DNA of 64,000 bases from Octopus bimaculoides (lineage: Eukaryota): positions 106,643,439 to 106,707,438 of the forward strand of contig NC_068987.1 of assembly GCF_001194135.2 (NCBI RefSeq), written 5' to 3'. Within the stretch, counting starts at the first letter, position 1; every line of letters starts with the position of its first letter. Positions 14,041-26,425 of the stretch are shown here, in pieces. Both the position numbers and the translations under genes were made by a program. Under the pieces are notes generated by a model. The model saw only the letters and a list, made by a program, of their open reading frames with translations, did no database searches and was not told where the DNA came from.

Positions 14041-14164
14041 TGCTCGACGGGACAATGAAACATTTCTATGGCACTCTGCTTTATATTTCTCATTAAAGAA
14101 AGTTCAATCAACACACACACAAACACACACACACACATACACACACACACACACATACACACAT

Positions 14165-14195
<31 letters not shown>

Positions 14196-14363
14196 CATAT
14201 ACATATATACACATCTGCATATATATATATTCATATATATATATATATATATATACATAGTTATATGCATACATATATACATACACACATACATATACAT
14301 ACATACATATACATACACACACACCCACCCACACACCCACACACCCACACACCCACACACACA

Positions 14364-14422
<59 letters not shown>

Positions 14423-14818
14423 GATCCATAAAATGCGGAATCCGAATTCACATTCCGCTGTGGTTTTCAGGAATAGGCATTCTGGTAGGTCTTTACCGAT
14501 GTCAAATTAAGTAGCCGTAAATAATAAGTGAACCGAAACCGTTTTAAATGGTCTGGAGCATATTTCGATACTGTACACAAAGTCATAAGCACGCGCATAT
14601 ATGGTATGAAGCGTATATAAACTTTCAATCTTAAACTACAGAGAAAACTTGTGAAAGAAAATATGATATGCGAAATGAATATATATATGTAGGCATATGC
14701 ACATCACACACGGACGCTCTCTTACACACACAAGCAAACACACGCATACGTATATATATATATGTTTGTATATATAGATGTGTGTGTGTATGTGTGTGTG
14801 TATGTGTGTGTGTATGTG

Positions 14819-14889
<71 letters not shown>

Positions 14890-15563
14890 GGTTAAATCAA
14901 TCAATCGATAGATAAACAGATAGCGATATAAATAAATTGTTAGATGGATAAGAATCTCTTAATAAATTGCGTTTTATTGCAAAAGAAAAAGAAAAAAAAA
15001 CATACAGACATATAATAAAATCGAAGTCAAGTATTCGTATTTGACTTTATCCCAATGTCTCCAAAAATATGCTACAAAAGAATGATTTTTAATAAATGTC
15101 AGCCCAGCACAATGAAATTTCGATATACCAAAAGTTGGCAATTATAGGATATCTTGCTGTGAAAGGGAACATATATATTTTTCACAGGTCAAATAACAAC
15201 AAAAACAGAACACATTCGTTATTGTCTAACAGCATCAGCACGAGAAAAAGTAATGAATTTTTTGAAAATCCATATTTGAATTCACATGTTTCCTAGAGTA
15301 TAATTCTAGGTATTTCTTCGGTTCGAAATTAGCAATCAACAGGTGCCGGGATGTATTGGGAAAATTCTATGGAATTATTGATCTATCTAACACCTTTATT
15401 TTTATGAATAACGATTGGTTCAACATAAATGGTAAATTTTGAAATTTACTGAAAACTATTTCTATATTTGCACATATACACAAATATGCATATATAGTAA
15501 CATACACAAATAGATACAAAAGCTTACAACCATATAGTTATGTATATATATGTGTGTATGTGC

Positions 15564-15624
<61 letters not shown>

Positions 15625-15915
15625 CATATATATGTTCGTAAAATCTGCTCTAAAAGTATCGAACAATACGGGATTATTGATGAATATTATTGTTTGCGTT
15701 GTTGTATGTGTATGATTTTGTGTGTGCGCATGCTTGTGCGCACGCGTGTGTGCGTGGGAGTGTGTTGCGAGCGTGTGTGAGTAAACGGTTAAATGTAAGG
15801 AATATACTGTCAAGAAGAATTTAAAATATGCTTTACTGATCGTCAACATACATTTTCGAAAACTGAAACCTCAATTTGCTGATTCTCTGCTAGACGGAAA
15901 GAGAAAGAAGCCCGT

Positions 15916-15966
<51 letters not shown>

Positions 15967-16024
15967 NNNNNNNNNNNNNNNNNNNNNNNNNNNNNNNNNN
16001 NNNNNNNNNNNNNNNNNNNNNNNN

Positions 16025-16078
<54 letters not shown>

Positions 16079-16268
16079 TGTGTGTCTGCGTCTGTGTCTG
16101 TGTTTATTCCCCGTCTCCTTTTGCTTGTCCCACATGACCTCATGACAATTTGCCTCGCTTCTTTTCTTGAAACGACTTACGTTGTGAGAAGTATGTGAAG
16201 GACCCGTCGGACTATCATTTTCTTCCGTATTGCACAGTGGAGGAAAGTGGTAGAAGAAAATCTGGTAC

Positions 16269-16318
<50 letters not shown>

Positions 16319-16756
16319 ACATTGGCATCTATCTTCCATTTGCTTTTGTTAATGCTGTATGAGGAGAAAGACAATTAACCATGACAGTTTTCTGGTCCTT
16401 CACCGATGCTTAGAAGGAGAGGAACTTTTATCTAAAGACCGGTGATCTGACACAAAATAATTACAACACAACAAACACCAGTAAACTCACCTGTGCTATG
16501 TATGATATCCGCTACTGAAGAACAAAGCGGACACTGTTATCGGCCTCCACATGCTTTCTGATTATCACAGATCGAACCGTGTCCATAGTGTCTACAGACT
16601 TGCATTTTTATCAAAGTGAATGATTAATATCCTAAATTATATAGTTGCGAATCTAACCTCTTAATCACATAGAAAAGCTAAATTATGAAGTAACTGTTTC
16701 ATATTTAAGAGCGTCAGTGTTTTGATGACATTAATTTAATGACACGTTGTTGAAAC

Positions 16757-17076
16757 CCCCTTCGGTCATGACTGAGCATGGGATTGCACCTAGAAAGTTA
16801 TCCTCCCAGGTACAAGTCTGGGCAATGTTATTTTATGGAAGACCAGCAGTCGCCCCTGCATACCGGCATCCCCTCTCCACGCCACCAGTGTTATCCAAGG
16901 GAAAGGCAAAGGGGCCGATACAGCTTGGCACAAGTGACGTCGCAACTCATTTCTACAGCTGAGTGAACTGGAACAACATGAAATGAAGTGTCTTGCTCAA
17001 GAACACAACACACCCCGTTCTAGGATTCGAACTCACATCCCCACAATTGTAAGTTCGACGCTCTAACCACTGAGGC
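16757..17076 (-). mobile_element. tRNA-derived SINE-B
   Basis: Minus strand reads gtggttagagcgtcga...gagttcgaatcc (A and B boxes), then gttcttgagcaagacacttcatttcatgttgttccagttcactcagctgtag. Confidence 0.8.
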
Positions 17077-17786
17077 TAATTTTATGACATAATCATTAAG
17101 AAACTGTTAGTATTAAGTAGTTAATTTGTAAAGAGGATTTATAAAATACTTTGATTTTGCTTTTGGTTTGCAAGTGGATTTATAATAAAAGAGAATACAC
17201 AAAGTTTACAGTAAATATAGAAAAGGGCCCAATATACTGTACAGAAACGTAAACAGTACACGCTTGAACATATGATCGCGAGGAAAGAACTTGTTATGCA
17301 TGATATTAATTGTTGTTTGATATTAGTTGTTGTTTGATATTAGTTGTTGTTCAGTTCTAAAAGCCCAGATTGAGCAATAATAAGCAGAGGCATTCTGGAC
17401 ATGGATATCTTCTCTTCTTATTTCCAAGCTTAGTCTACCATGGGGAACATTATCCAGGGTATGCCTATTTAAAATGGTAGATTAATTTCTAATGCAGATT
17501 TGACTTCTGGAAGTTCAGGCAACCACATGAAATTTCCTGTGTCAAGCAATTACCCTCATTCCCCTTAACTCATAACACATCGCTCATAAAAGTATACAAA
17601 CACACCTTAGATTATGTAGCCATGCACATAGACTACAAATGTGACGGTCATAGCGGGAACAGCTTTTGTTTTATGTTACCTAGAGCAGTGTTGCACATGA
17701 GATAATCAATAATTCACACATGCACGTATGTGTGTATTATTGTAGAATTGTGCAAATATATATAAATGTATATATGTTTGTGTGTC

Positions 17787-17817
<31 letters not shown>

Positions 17818-19239
17818 NNNNNNNNNNNNNNNNNNNNNNNNNNNNNNNNNNNNNNNNNNNNNNNNNNNNNNNNNNNNNNNNNNNNNNNNNNNNNNNNNNN
17901 NNNNNNNNNNNNNNNNNNNNNNNNNNNNNNNNNNNNNNNNNNNNNNNNNNNNNNNNNNNNNNNNNNNNNNNNNNNNNNNNNNNNNNNNNNNNNNNNNNNN
18001 NNNNNNNNNNNNNNNNNNNNNNNNNNNNNNNNNNNNNNNNNNNNNNNNNNNNNNNNNNNNNNNNNNNNNNNNNNNNNNNNNNNNNNNNNNNNNNNNNNNN
18101 NNNNNNNNNNNNNNNNNNNNNNNNNNNNNNNNNNNNNNNNNNNNNNNNNNNNNNNNNNNNNNNNNNNNNNNNNNNNNNNNNNNNNNNNNNNNNNNNNNNN
18201 NNNNNNNNNNNNNNNNNNNNNNNNNNNNNNNNNNNNNNNNNNNNNNNNNNNNNNNNNNNNNNNNNNNNNNNNNNNNNNNNNNNNNNNNNNNNNNNNNNNN
18301 NNNNNNNNNNNNNNNNNNNNNNNNNNNNNNNNNNNNNNNNNNNNNNNNNNNNNNNNNNNNNNNNNNNNNNNNNNNNNNNNNNNNNNNNNNNNNNNNNNNN
18401 NNNNNNNNNNNNNNNNNNNNNNNNNNNNNNNNNNNNNNNNNNNNNNNNNNNNNNNNNNNNNNNNNNNNNNNNNNNNNNNNNNNNNNNNNNNNNNNNNNNN
18501 NNNNNNNNNNNNNNNNNNNNNNNNNNATACTACATATATACGTATGTATATGTATGTATATATGTACGTATGTGTATTCATGCCTAGTTACCCCATCTCT
18601 TGCTTCCTCTCTCTGTCTTTCTCTCTGCCTCTATCTTTGTCTTCTCTTTTGTTCCCCCCCCACATCTACCGCCCACCCGTCCATCTATGTTTTTCTGTAT
18701 CTTTTATATATTTTTCCATCACAATAACACCACAGCCTGCTCTACCATTACTATTGACACACACCGTCCACTAACGACATCAAAGTACCTATTATTCTTG
18801 AAACGAACCCAATAAACAAAAAACACACAAACAAACATAAAAAAAAATCTAAACATACGTACGTCCAGCCATGACAGACATTAACACGCACACATACAAA
18901 CACAAACATACACATACACGCTCACACACACACACACACACGCATACACATGCAACCTTCGTACCTTAGACATTTGTATATTGATTGGTCTTGCCCCACA
19001 CATCACAGTTCTTTTGTTGTTGATCTTATTGTTGCTGTTATTGTTAATATTATTAATATTATTGTTGTGGTTCTTCTTCTTATTGTTATTATTATTGTTC
19101 GCCGGGCTTGCGTCCGTCGTTATTAATCACACATCAGTCATCGGTGACGACCATGAATCTATTGTCTAAATTATTCTTCAATAATTCTACAATTCACAAC
19201 CGAGTCTGAGGTCCCTACAGCAACAAGAATAATAACGCC

Positions 19240-19249
19240 ACCCTTCACC

Positions 19250-19281
<32 letters not shown>

Positions 19282-19877
19282 CACAAACACACAACTCTAG
19301 AAATGGGATTTTGTAACTCTTTCGTTTGTTATATTGTTTTCCTTTCTATTTGTATTTTTTTTTGCCTGTTTATTTTTTGAAACAATTTGTCCTCAATTCT
19401 TTGTTGTTTCTCTCACCGTTTCGACGCGTCCGTTGATTGGTTACTTCGCATGAGATGACGAGGCTTTCATTGAATTAATATTCTTGATGTCAATGTTATA
19501 TCTCCTGTTGGAGTTTTTGTTTTGGTTGTTCTATACATTGTATTGTTTTTTTTTTTTGAACCGTTTTGGTTTTTGCGTTTCACCGCCAAACCACAAAGTA
19601 AACAAAATCATCAACATCATCTTTATCCTCCTTATCCTCATTGTCGTCGTCGTCGTCTCTACCATTATGACCGTCGGCACCACAATCACAACCACCAACG
19701 ACGACGACGACCACCACCACTTCCACCACCACTACCACCACATCCACCACCACCACTACCACTATCATCATCATCATCATCATTACTACCACCACCACAA
19801 GCAACTCTACCACCGTCACCACCAGCAGCACCCAAAATACTGTCACAACCTTCATTATCACCAATTTCATCATCTCT

Positions 19878-19937
<60 letters not shown>

Positions 19938-20100
19938 TTCATAATATTATCATTATCCTCATTGCCATCATCATGATCACCAGCATCGTCATCTTCATCC
20001 CCTCCTCCTCTTCCTCGTCATCATCATCATCGGCATCATCACCCTCACTGGCGGTGACGCGTGCCCATGGTCAACTTCATTATAAATATCATCATTAACA
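19240..20100. repeat. Long imperfect CAC/CAT/CAA/CGT trinucleotide low-complexity tract
   Basis: Visible degenerate trinucleotide runs; they produce spurious poly-H, poly-S and poly-M ORFs. Confidence 0.85.
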
Positions 20101-20361
20101 TTGTCCTCATTAATATATGCATTTAGGGTTATCAGCGTGAACATATTTGTTGTTACCATGACCTTATGATGATGTAGGTTTTCATTGTTTCCTTAAAAGC
20201 CTGTTCTCGCTAAGCAGACGTGCATCCGGGCATATATGCTTTCTTTTCTTTCGAGCGTGTATTTACGAACTCATTGTAGAAAACAATATGGTAGACTATG
20301 ATTAGCAGAATATTTAACTGCTTTTTCAATTATCTGTTGTTGCAGATGTGCATAATTTAGC

Positions 20362-20525
20362 GGGCGCAGGAGTGGCTGTGGGTAAGTAGCTTACTTACCG
20401 ACCACATGGTTCCGGGTTCATTCCCACAGCGTGCCACCTCGGGCAAGTGTCTTCTACTATAGCATCGGGCCGATCAATGCCTTGTGAGAGAATTTGATAG
20501 ACGGAAACTGAAGGGAGTCAGTCGT
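20362..20525 (+). mobile_element. SINE-C 5' half
   Basis: gcaggagtggctgtgggtaagtagcttacttacc...gttccgggttca...gatagacggaaactgaag matches 37471 onward. Confidence 0.8.
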
Positions 20526-20582
20526 AAAGACAGACGAAATATTGCTAAGCATTTCGCCCGGCCTGCTAACCACTAGCCGCCT
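20526..20582 (-). mobile_element. SINE-A 5' fragment
   Basis: taaagacagacgaaatattgctaagcatttcgcccggcctgctaac...gccgcc is the reverse complement of the SINE-A head. Confidence 0.75.
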
Positions 20583-20589
20583 TTGTGTT

Positions 20590-20757
20590 TTCTTTTCTAC
20601 TCTAGGAACAAGGCCCGAAATTATTGAGGAGATGGTCAGTCGGTTAGATTGACCCCAGTACGCAATTGGTGCTTAACTCATCGACCCCGAAAGGATGAAA
20701 GGCAAAGTTGACCACGGAGGAATTTGAACTCAGAACGTAAAGACAGACGAAATACCG
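20590..20757 (-). mobile_element. SINE-A 3' part (host copy split by the Tx1 insertion)
   Basis: Collinear with 13326-13537 from CGGTATTTCGTC through the TAGAGTAGAAAAG tail. Confidence 0.85.
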
Positions 20758-22553
20758 ATTTCTTTATTAGCCATAAAGGGCTATACAAATAATTTTTAAG
20801 ACATCACGAAACATAAAGACAGTACAAAACGCAAACATAAAATCGAGGTAATTAAAATAAAATTATAATATGCAAGAATGAAAAAAAATGAGGCGCAATG
20901 TCCACTCGATCCCCGAAGTCGGGTGGTTACATTTATCCAGTTTTTCACTTTTACGTTCAACGTCATGTATACATTTTAACGGTTTTGCAACTCAAAAAAT
21001 TGAAACACTCGCGTTATTTNNNNNNNNNNNNNNNNNNNNNNNNNNNNNNNNNNNNNNNNNNNNNNNNNNNNNNNNNNNNNNNNNNNNNNNNNNNNNNNNN
21101 NNNNNNNNNNNNNNNNNNNNNNNNNNNNNNNNNNNNNNNNNNNNNNNNNNNNNNNNNNNNNNNNNNNNNNNNNNNNNNNNNNNNNNNNNNNNNNNNNNNN
21201 NNNNNNNNNNNNNNNNNNNNNNNNNNNNNNNNNNNNNNNNNNNNNNNNNNNNNNNNNNNNNNNNNNNNNNNNNNNNNNNNNNNNNNNNNNNNNNNNNNNN
21301 NNNNNNNNNNNNNNNNNNNNNNNNNNNNNNNNNNNNNNNNNNNNNNNNNNNNNNNNNNNNNNNNNNNNAACCTCTCCACTTTTTTCTCCATCTCCTCGCA
21401 ATTCTCGTACTTTATCAAAGCCCCCTTATATTTCACATCTTTATCCGTTCTCTCCTCCTCTTCTTGTACATTATTAGTTTCTGGTTTTTCTATCTCTTTT
21501 TTTGTTTTGTTTTCTGTTGACCGTTCCTTTGACTTATTTTTCCTTCGCTTTTTAGGATTAGTAGCTCCATTTTCGTTCGTCTCCTTTGTTTTCTCTGTTT
21601 CACACTTCTCTCTCTCTTTCATTTCCTAAGTGTGGTCTACAATGTTTTCCTCCTCTGCTTGTGCTTTCTCTTGCTGTGGCTGTGTGAACTCATATAGGGG
21701 GCATTTGGTCTTCATATGACCTCTTTCCCCGCATATGTAGCAATTTGGTTTCCTTCCCTCGACTACAACATTTAACGTTCTCTCATCCTCCACTTCTATC
21801 TGGTAGGGAATTCTTTCTATGTCCTCGAATGTGGCAAAAAGCCACATTTCGAGTCCAAATCCCCACCATTTGCGCACTTTTGATTTCGCCACTGGTCTCA
21901 ATTCCGGCTGCTCCTTGGCTGCATCCAGCACTGTTGCAACCAACCACTCTGGTTTAATTTCTGGTGTAACTCTAGGAATACGTATTTTCACACGACTTCT
22001 TCCTCTATAACTTGGTAGCAATGCTATTTTTGCACTTCTTAAAATGTTGGTCGAATGCTTGGTTGCCTCTTCTATATTTTCGAACCTCAACTCTACCGTA
22101 CCGAACTTTCTTCCTCTGTTGATGTACGTGGCTTCATTCACAATTTCACCCAGGCACTCCTCGATTTCCTCTTCGGTCACCATTTCAATTTTACAGGTTT
22201 CGACAGCCTGTGTACGATACACAACTGTCCTCAGAATTTTGTTTTCTTTAATCACTTTTGGGGGGCAGAATTTGTATGACTCTCCATCAACTTTTATCAA
22301 ATTCCTACTTCTGGTCACCTCCTCCATATCCAACTTGATTAACTTGGTTTCTAGCGGCACTGGCCTCCTCACCGCAGTGGCCTTGGCGAAGCACTCCATA
22401 CTGGAGACACTACCACTTGCCATAGCTGGGGGAAAATGCAGCAGCTCGCGTGAAACGTAACCGTAATAATTCCACAAAAATCACAATTATTCACTGAGAC
22501 AGTTTTTCACAAAGTAACACAGCCGTATTCACAATAATTCACAGAGCCGTTAC
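20758..22553 (-). mobile_element. Tx1/L1-like non-LTR element apparently carrying only ORF1, inserted in a SINE-A head with a 4-bp TSD (ACCG)
   Basis: Flanks reconstitute SINE-A. ACCG occurs at 20754-20757 and 22554-22557. The element has an ORF1 with a CCHC knuckle and ends in TAGCCCTTTATGGCTAATAAAGAAAT, like the other Tx1 3' end. It contains a 350-N gap. Confidence 0.8.
21626..22423 (-). CDS. LINE ORF1-like protein (RRM-like region + CX2CX4HX4C zinc knuckle), about 265 aa to a TAG, then an in-frame Lys/Glu-rich continuation
   Basis: Longest non-repetitive ORF in the window (track 21626-22477). Likely start is gctATGG at 22423 (MASGS...). Motifs GTVELRFENIEEA and VVVEGRKPNCYICGERGHMKTKC. 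The same frame resumes after the TAG (GAA ATG AAA...) up to the gap. Confidence 0.75.
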   Translation of the reverse strand: MASGSVSSMECFAKATAVRRPVPLETKLIKLDMEEVTRSRNLIKVDGESYKFCPPKVIKENKILRTVVYRTQAVETCKIEMVTEEEIEECLGEIVNEATYINRGRKFGTVELRFENIEEATKHSTNILRSAKIALLPSYRGRSRVKIRIPRVTPEIKPEWLVATVLDAAKEQPELRPVAKSKVRKWWGFGLEMWLFATFEDIERIPYQIEVEDERTLNVVVEGRKPNCYICGERGHMKTKCPLYEFTQPQQEKAQAEEENIVDHT

Positions 22554-22606
22554 ACCGCTAAGCATTCCGCCCGGCGTGCTAACATTTCTGCCAGCTCACC
22601 GCCTTA
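22554..22606 (-). mobile_element. SINE-A 5' part (host copy split by the Tx1 insertion)
   Basis: Reverse complement reads GGCGGTGAGCTGGCAGAAATGTTAGCACGCCGGGCGGAATGCTTAGCGGT. Confidence 0.85.
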
Positions 22607-23290
22607 ACATTACACACGATATTAGCATCTCTACCCGTTAACAGATTACCAGGCGTTTCTTGGATATTCGTAGACATACTTTGAATTTACAGCTATAATC
22701 CATGCGACAGGTTTCCTCACCATTTCTGCCTACTTAATTTAATTCATTCTAACTCAAGCCAATTTGTAGAATGTACTTTTCGACGGTGCCATGCCTAAGG
22801 AGAAAATCCAAAACATTTTGATTGAGAAGCGAATTCCCACAATGTATATATATGTATATATATATGTATATATATGTATTCGGATAACGCTGACCGCTAA
22901 TCCGACTCACCATAACTCCCAACACATTCATCTTTCTCAGCGTCTTCGTCATCCTCATAGTCGTCGTCATCAACATTATATTCATCATGATCATGAAAGT
23001 AATCATCATCGTTAGCGACTCCGTCACCACCACAACCACCACCACTAATATCTTCATCAGCAAAACCAGCCGCAGCAGCCTCATCGTCGGCCTCATCAGT
23101 ATCATCATCATTGCAGTCACGGTCGTCGACATTTTTACTAAAATATCAAATGTATTAAACCCACCAGACCGCAATGATCGCCAGTTAGAAAAAAAAGAAG
23201 AAAATAATAAACTATAATGAATATAATAAATATAACTAAAAGAATGAACAAATAAAGTGTTTGTTTTTATTGCTACGGTTGTTGTTGCTT

Positions 23291-23291
23291 C

Positions 23292-23355
<64 letters not shown>

Positions 23356-23362
23356 GTTATTA

Positions 23363-23440
<78 letters not shown>
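23291..23440. repeat. (ATT)n microsatellite
   Basis: Directly visible. Confidence 0.95.
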
Positions 23441-23441
<1 letters not shown>

Positions 23442-24617
23442 TGCTACTACTACGACCGCTGTGGCTGTTTGATTAGTCTGTGGTGGGTCGCTACATGCAC
23501 TGCAGTACAGTTGCAGTTGAATAATGAAGCGTGAAGCTGTGACTCCCTCACATCTGATCTGTGAAACTGAAACAGTTCAAAATGAGGAAAGAAGAAAGAA
23601 GGAAATACAAAAAATATATAATAAATAATATAAAAAGAAGGAAAAAAAGAGAGGGAGAGAAAGAGATAGAGAATGAGTGATGCAGGGAAAGTGAGACAGA
23701 AAAAGAACATTAAAATGTCAAAAGTCAAAAATAACGAACAGAATTTTAATTACGTCCTGCTGGCTTTCATTATTTAATTAATCATCTATTCGGGCACCCT
23801 CCTTCTATCATTTTCTGGAACTATCATTATTTTTTCTTTTTTTTTTTGGCCAAAACTAATAAAAATATAGGACGAAGAAAAAATTAACCGGAGGAGATAA
23901 AATTTGTAATGAGATAACTTCGCTATGTGCCGTATGAAGTGAATCTTTGGAGAAAAAACAGAAATATTTAGGGAGGCTGTAAATGAAGATGAGTATATTC
24001 TTAAAAGAGTGTGAAACATAGTAAACTCCGGTAAGATCATGGTCACAGCTAGTTTATATATTTCAGAATGGGCCTGTATACGATAAAAAAAAATACAGTT
24101 GATTAGGGAGAAATCAATTAAAATGCTGTAGAGTAATTATATTATATTAAATAGATATTATAAAATAATTTTTTGTTCAGCGTAATAGGAATGTCCTTTC
24201 GATTAAATGAAGGGTATCTGAGTAGACGGAAAATGAAGATGGCCCTGCATGATGGAAAATATATTTTGAAAAAGAAATGTTCGTGTAAAATGGCATTAAG
24301 GCGCGTTCTGGACATATTTTGAAGTATTGAAGCGTGAAGGTGCGCACTAATCATAAACTGAATTTCGCAAAGCAAAATATTTTAAAATGTATGTCGTAAG
24401 AAATGGTATATCGTGTATACATCAGATACCCACGTTAGAATTCAAAGCTTATTTCAGAAAGTCCCTTCAGGACACAACAGTGCGAAGTGTTTTAAGGCTT
24501 GCATTGAGAATCTAATGTATTTAATTATGAGGGTTCAAACCCGACGCTTTCTGTGCATTCAAGGAATGTTGCAAGATCGTGAATTTTGTAGCCATTCGTA
24601 TACTAAATTACACAAGC

Positions 24618-24658
<41 letters not shown>

Positions 24659-25423
24659 CACACACACATATACATATATGTGTGTTGTGTGTGTGTGTTT
24701 GCGAGTACATGTATGCATATTTATGTGTATGAAATATACATAAATGTATATTTTATAAATATGTTATTTGATTGGGATACGAAGTGACATAACCAAAACT
24801 ATAAATATTAATTATGAATTATATATACAAAAAGCAAATGGTAATCAACCTTTTAACCCCCCAAAAAACATGCAAAATTTATGCACGGAATTCAGTGCAT
24901 ACTTCGGTAAATCGCAAATACGTTAGACCGCCATAATTTCCGCTATCTTTCACCTTCAAAGGCTTAGATTATTTAACCAACGTACCTTGTAGTTTAGCTC
25001 GAGATCTCATTGAACATAATATCATGAATAATGAATCCTTCCTCACTTCACTCAGTGTCATTACAGAGTGTATCCGTCTCTATAATACGTGACACACATG
25101 TGTCCATGCATGTCTGTGTGTGTGTGTGTATGTGTTTGTATCTGATCATTGAGGTAATTTTTAGACATGTTGCATAAATTAATAAATGGTTCTAACATAG
25201 TAATGAGGAGAGTAGTCGAGCAGAGCGACTAGTAATAAACTTTGAACTGAACCCGAGGCAATGGCTAGAGGATTTGACATTAGCGCGTTTCGAACTGAGA
25301 AAGAAAACAGCTTGCACAAATACCGGAATATGTTAGGCTTGCTTATGATCTTGTCAATTCGTTGCCTCTGTTTATATATATATATGTGTGTGTGTGTGTA
25401 TATATATATCTAAATATATATCT

Positions 25424-25456
<33 letters not shown>

Positions 25457-26263
25457 AATATGTATATATGTATATGTATATATNNNNNNNNNNNNNNNNN
25501 NNNNNNNNNNNNNNNNNNNNNNNNNNNNNNNNNNNNNNNNNNNNNNNNNNNNNNNNNNNNNNNNNNNNNNNNNNNNNNNNNNNNNNNNNNNNNNNNNNNN
25601 NNNNNNNNNNNNNNNNNNNNNNNNNNNNNNNNNNNNNNNNNNNNNNNNNNNNNNNNNNNNNNNNNNNNNNNNNNNNNNNNNNNNNNNNNNNNNNNNNNNN
25701 NNNNNNNNNNNNNNNNNNNNNNNNNNNNNNNNNNNNNNNNNNNNNNNNNNNNNNNNNNNNNNNNNNNNNNNNNNNNNNNNNNNNNNNNNNNNNNNNNNNN
25801 NNNNNNNNNNNNNNNNNNNNNNNNNNNNNNNNNNNNNNNNNNNNNNNNNNNNNNNNNNNNNNNNNNNNNNNNNNNNNNNNNNNNNNNNNNNNNNNNNNNN
25901 NNNNNNNNNNNNNNNNNNNNNNNNNNNNNNNNNNNNNNNNNNNNNNNNNNNNNNNNNNNNNNNNNNNNNNNNNNNNNNNNNNNNNNNNNNNNNNNNNNNN
26001 NNNNNNNNNNNNNNNNNNNNNNNNNNNNNNNNNNNNNNNNNNNNNNNNNNNNNNNNNNNNNNNNNNNNNNNNNNNNNNNNNNNNNNNNNNNNNNNNNNNN
26101 NNNNNNNNNNNNNNNNNNNNNNNNNNNNNNNNNNNNNNNNNNNNNNNNNNNNNNNNNNNNNNNNNNNNNNNNNNNNNNNNNNNNNNNNNNNNNNNNNNNN
26201 NNNNNNNNNNNNNNNNNNNNGTATATACACATATGTATATATACATATACATATATACATATT

Positions 26264-26296
<33 letters not shown>

Positions 26297-26425
26297 AGAT
26301 ATATATTTAGATATATATATACACACACACACATACACACACACACACACACATAGATATATATATATATACACATGCATACACAAATATATAACTATGT
26401 GCGTCTGTGTGTGTATGTATATATA

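Noticed and set aside
19484-20098. 204-aa poly-His ORF and overlapping poly-Pro/Ser and poly-Met ORFs
   Set aside because: All frames are low-complexity readouts of a CAT/CAC repeat tract, with no domain or splice support.
22044-22460. 138-aa plus-strand ORF
   Set aside because: It is the antisense shadow of the Tx1 ORF1.
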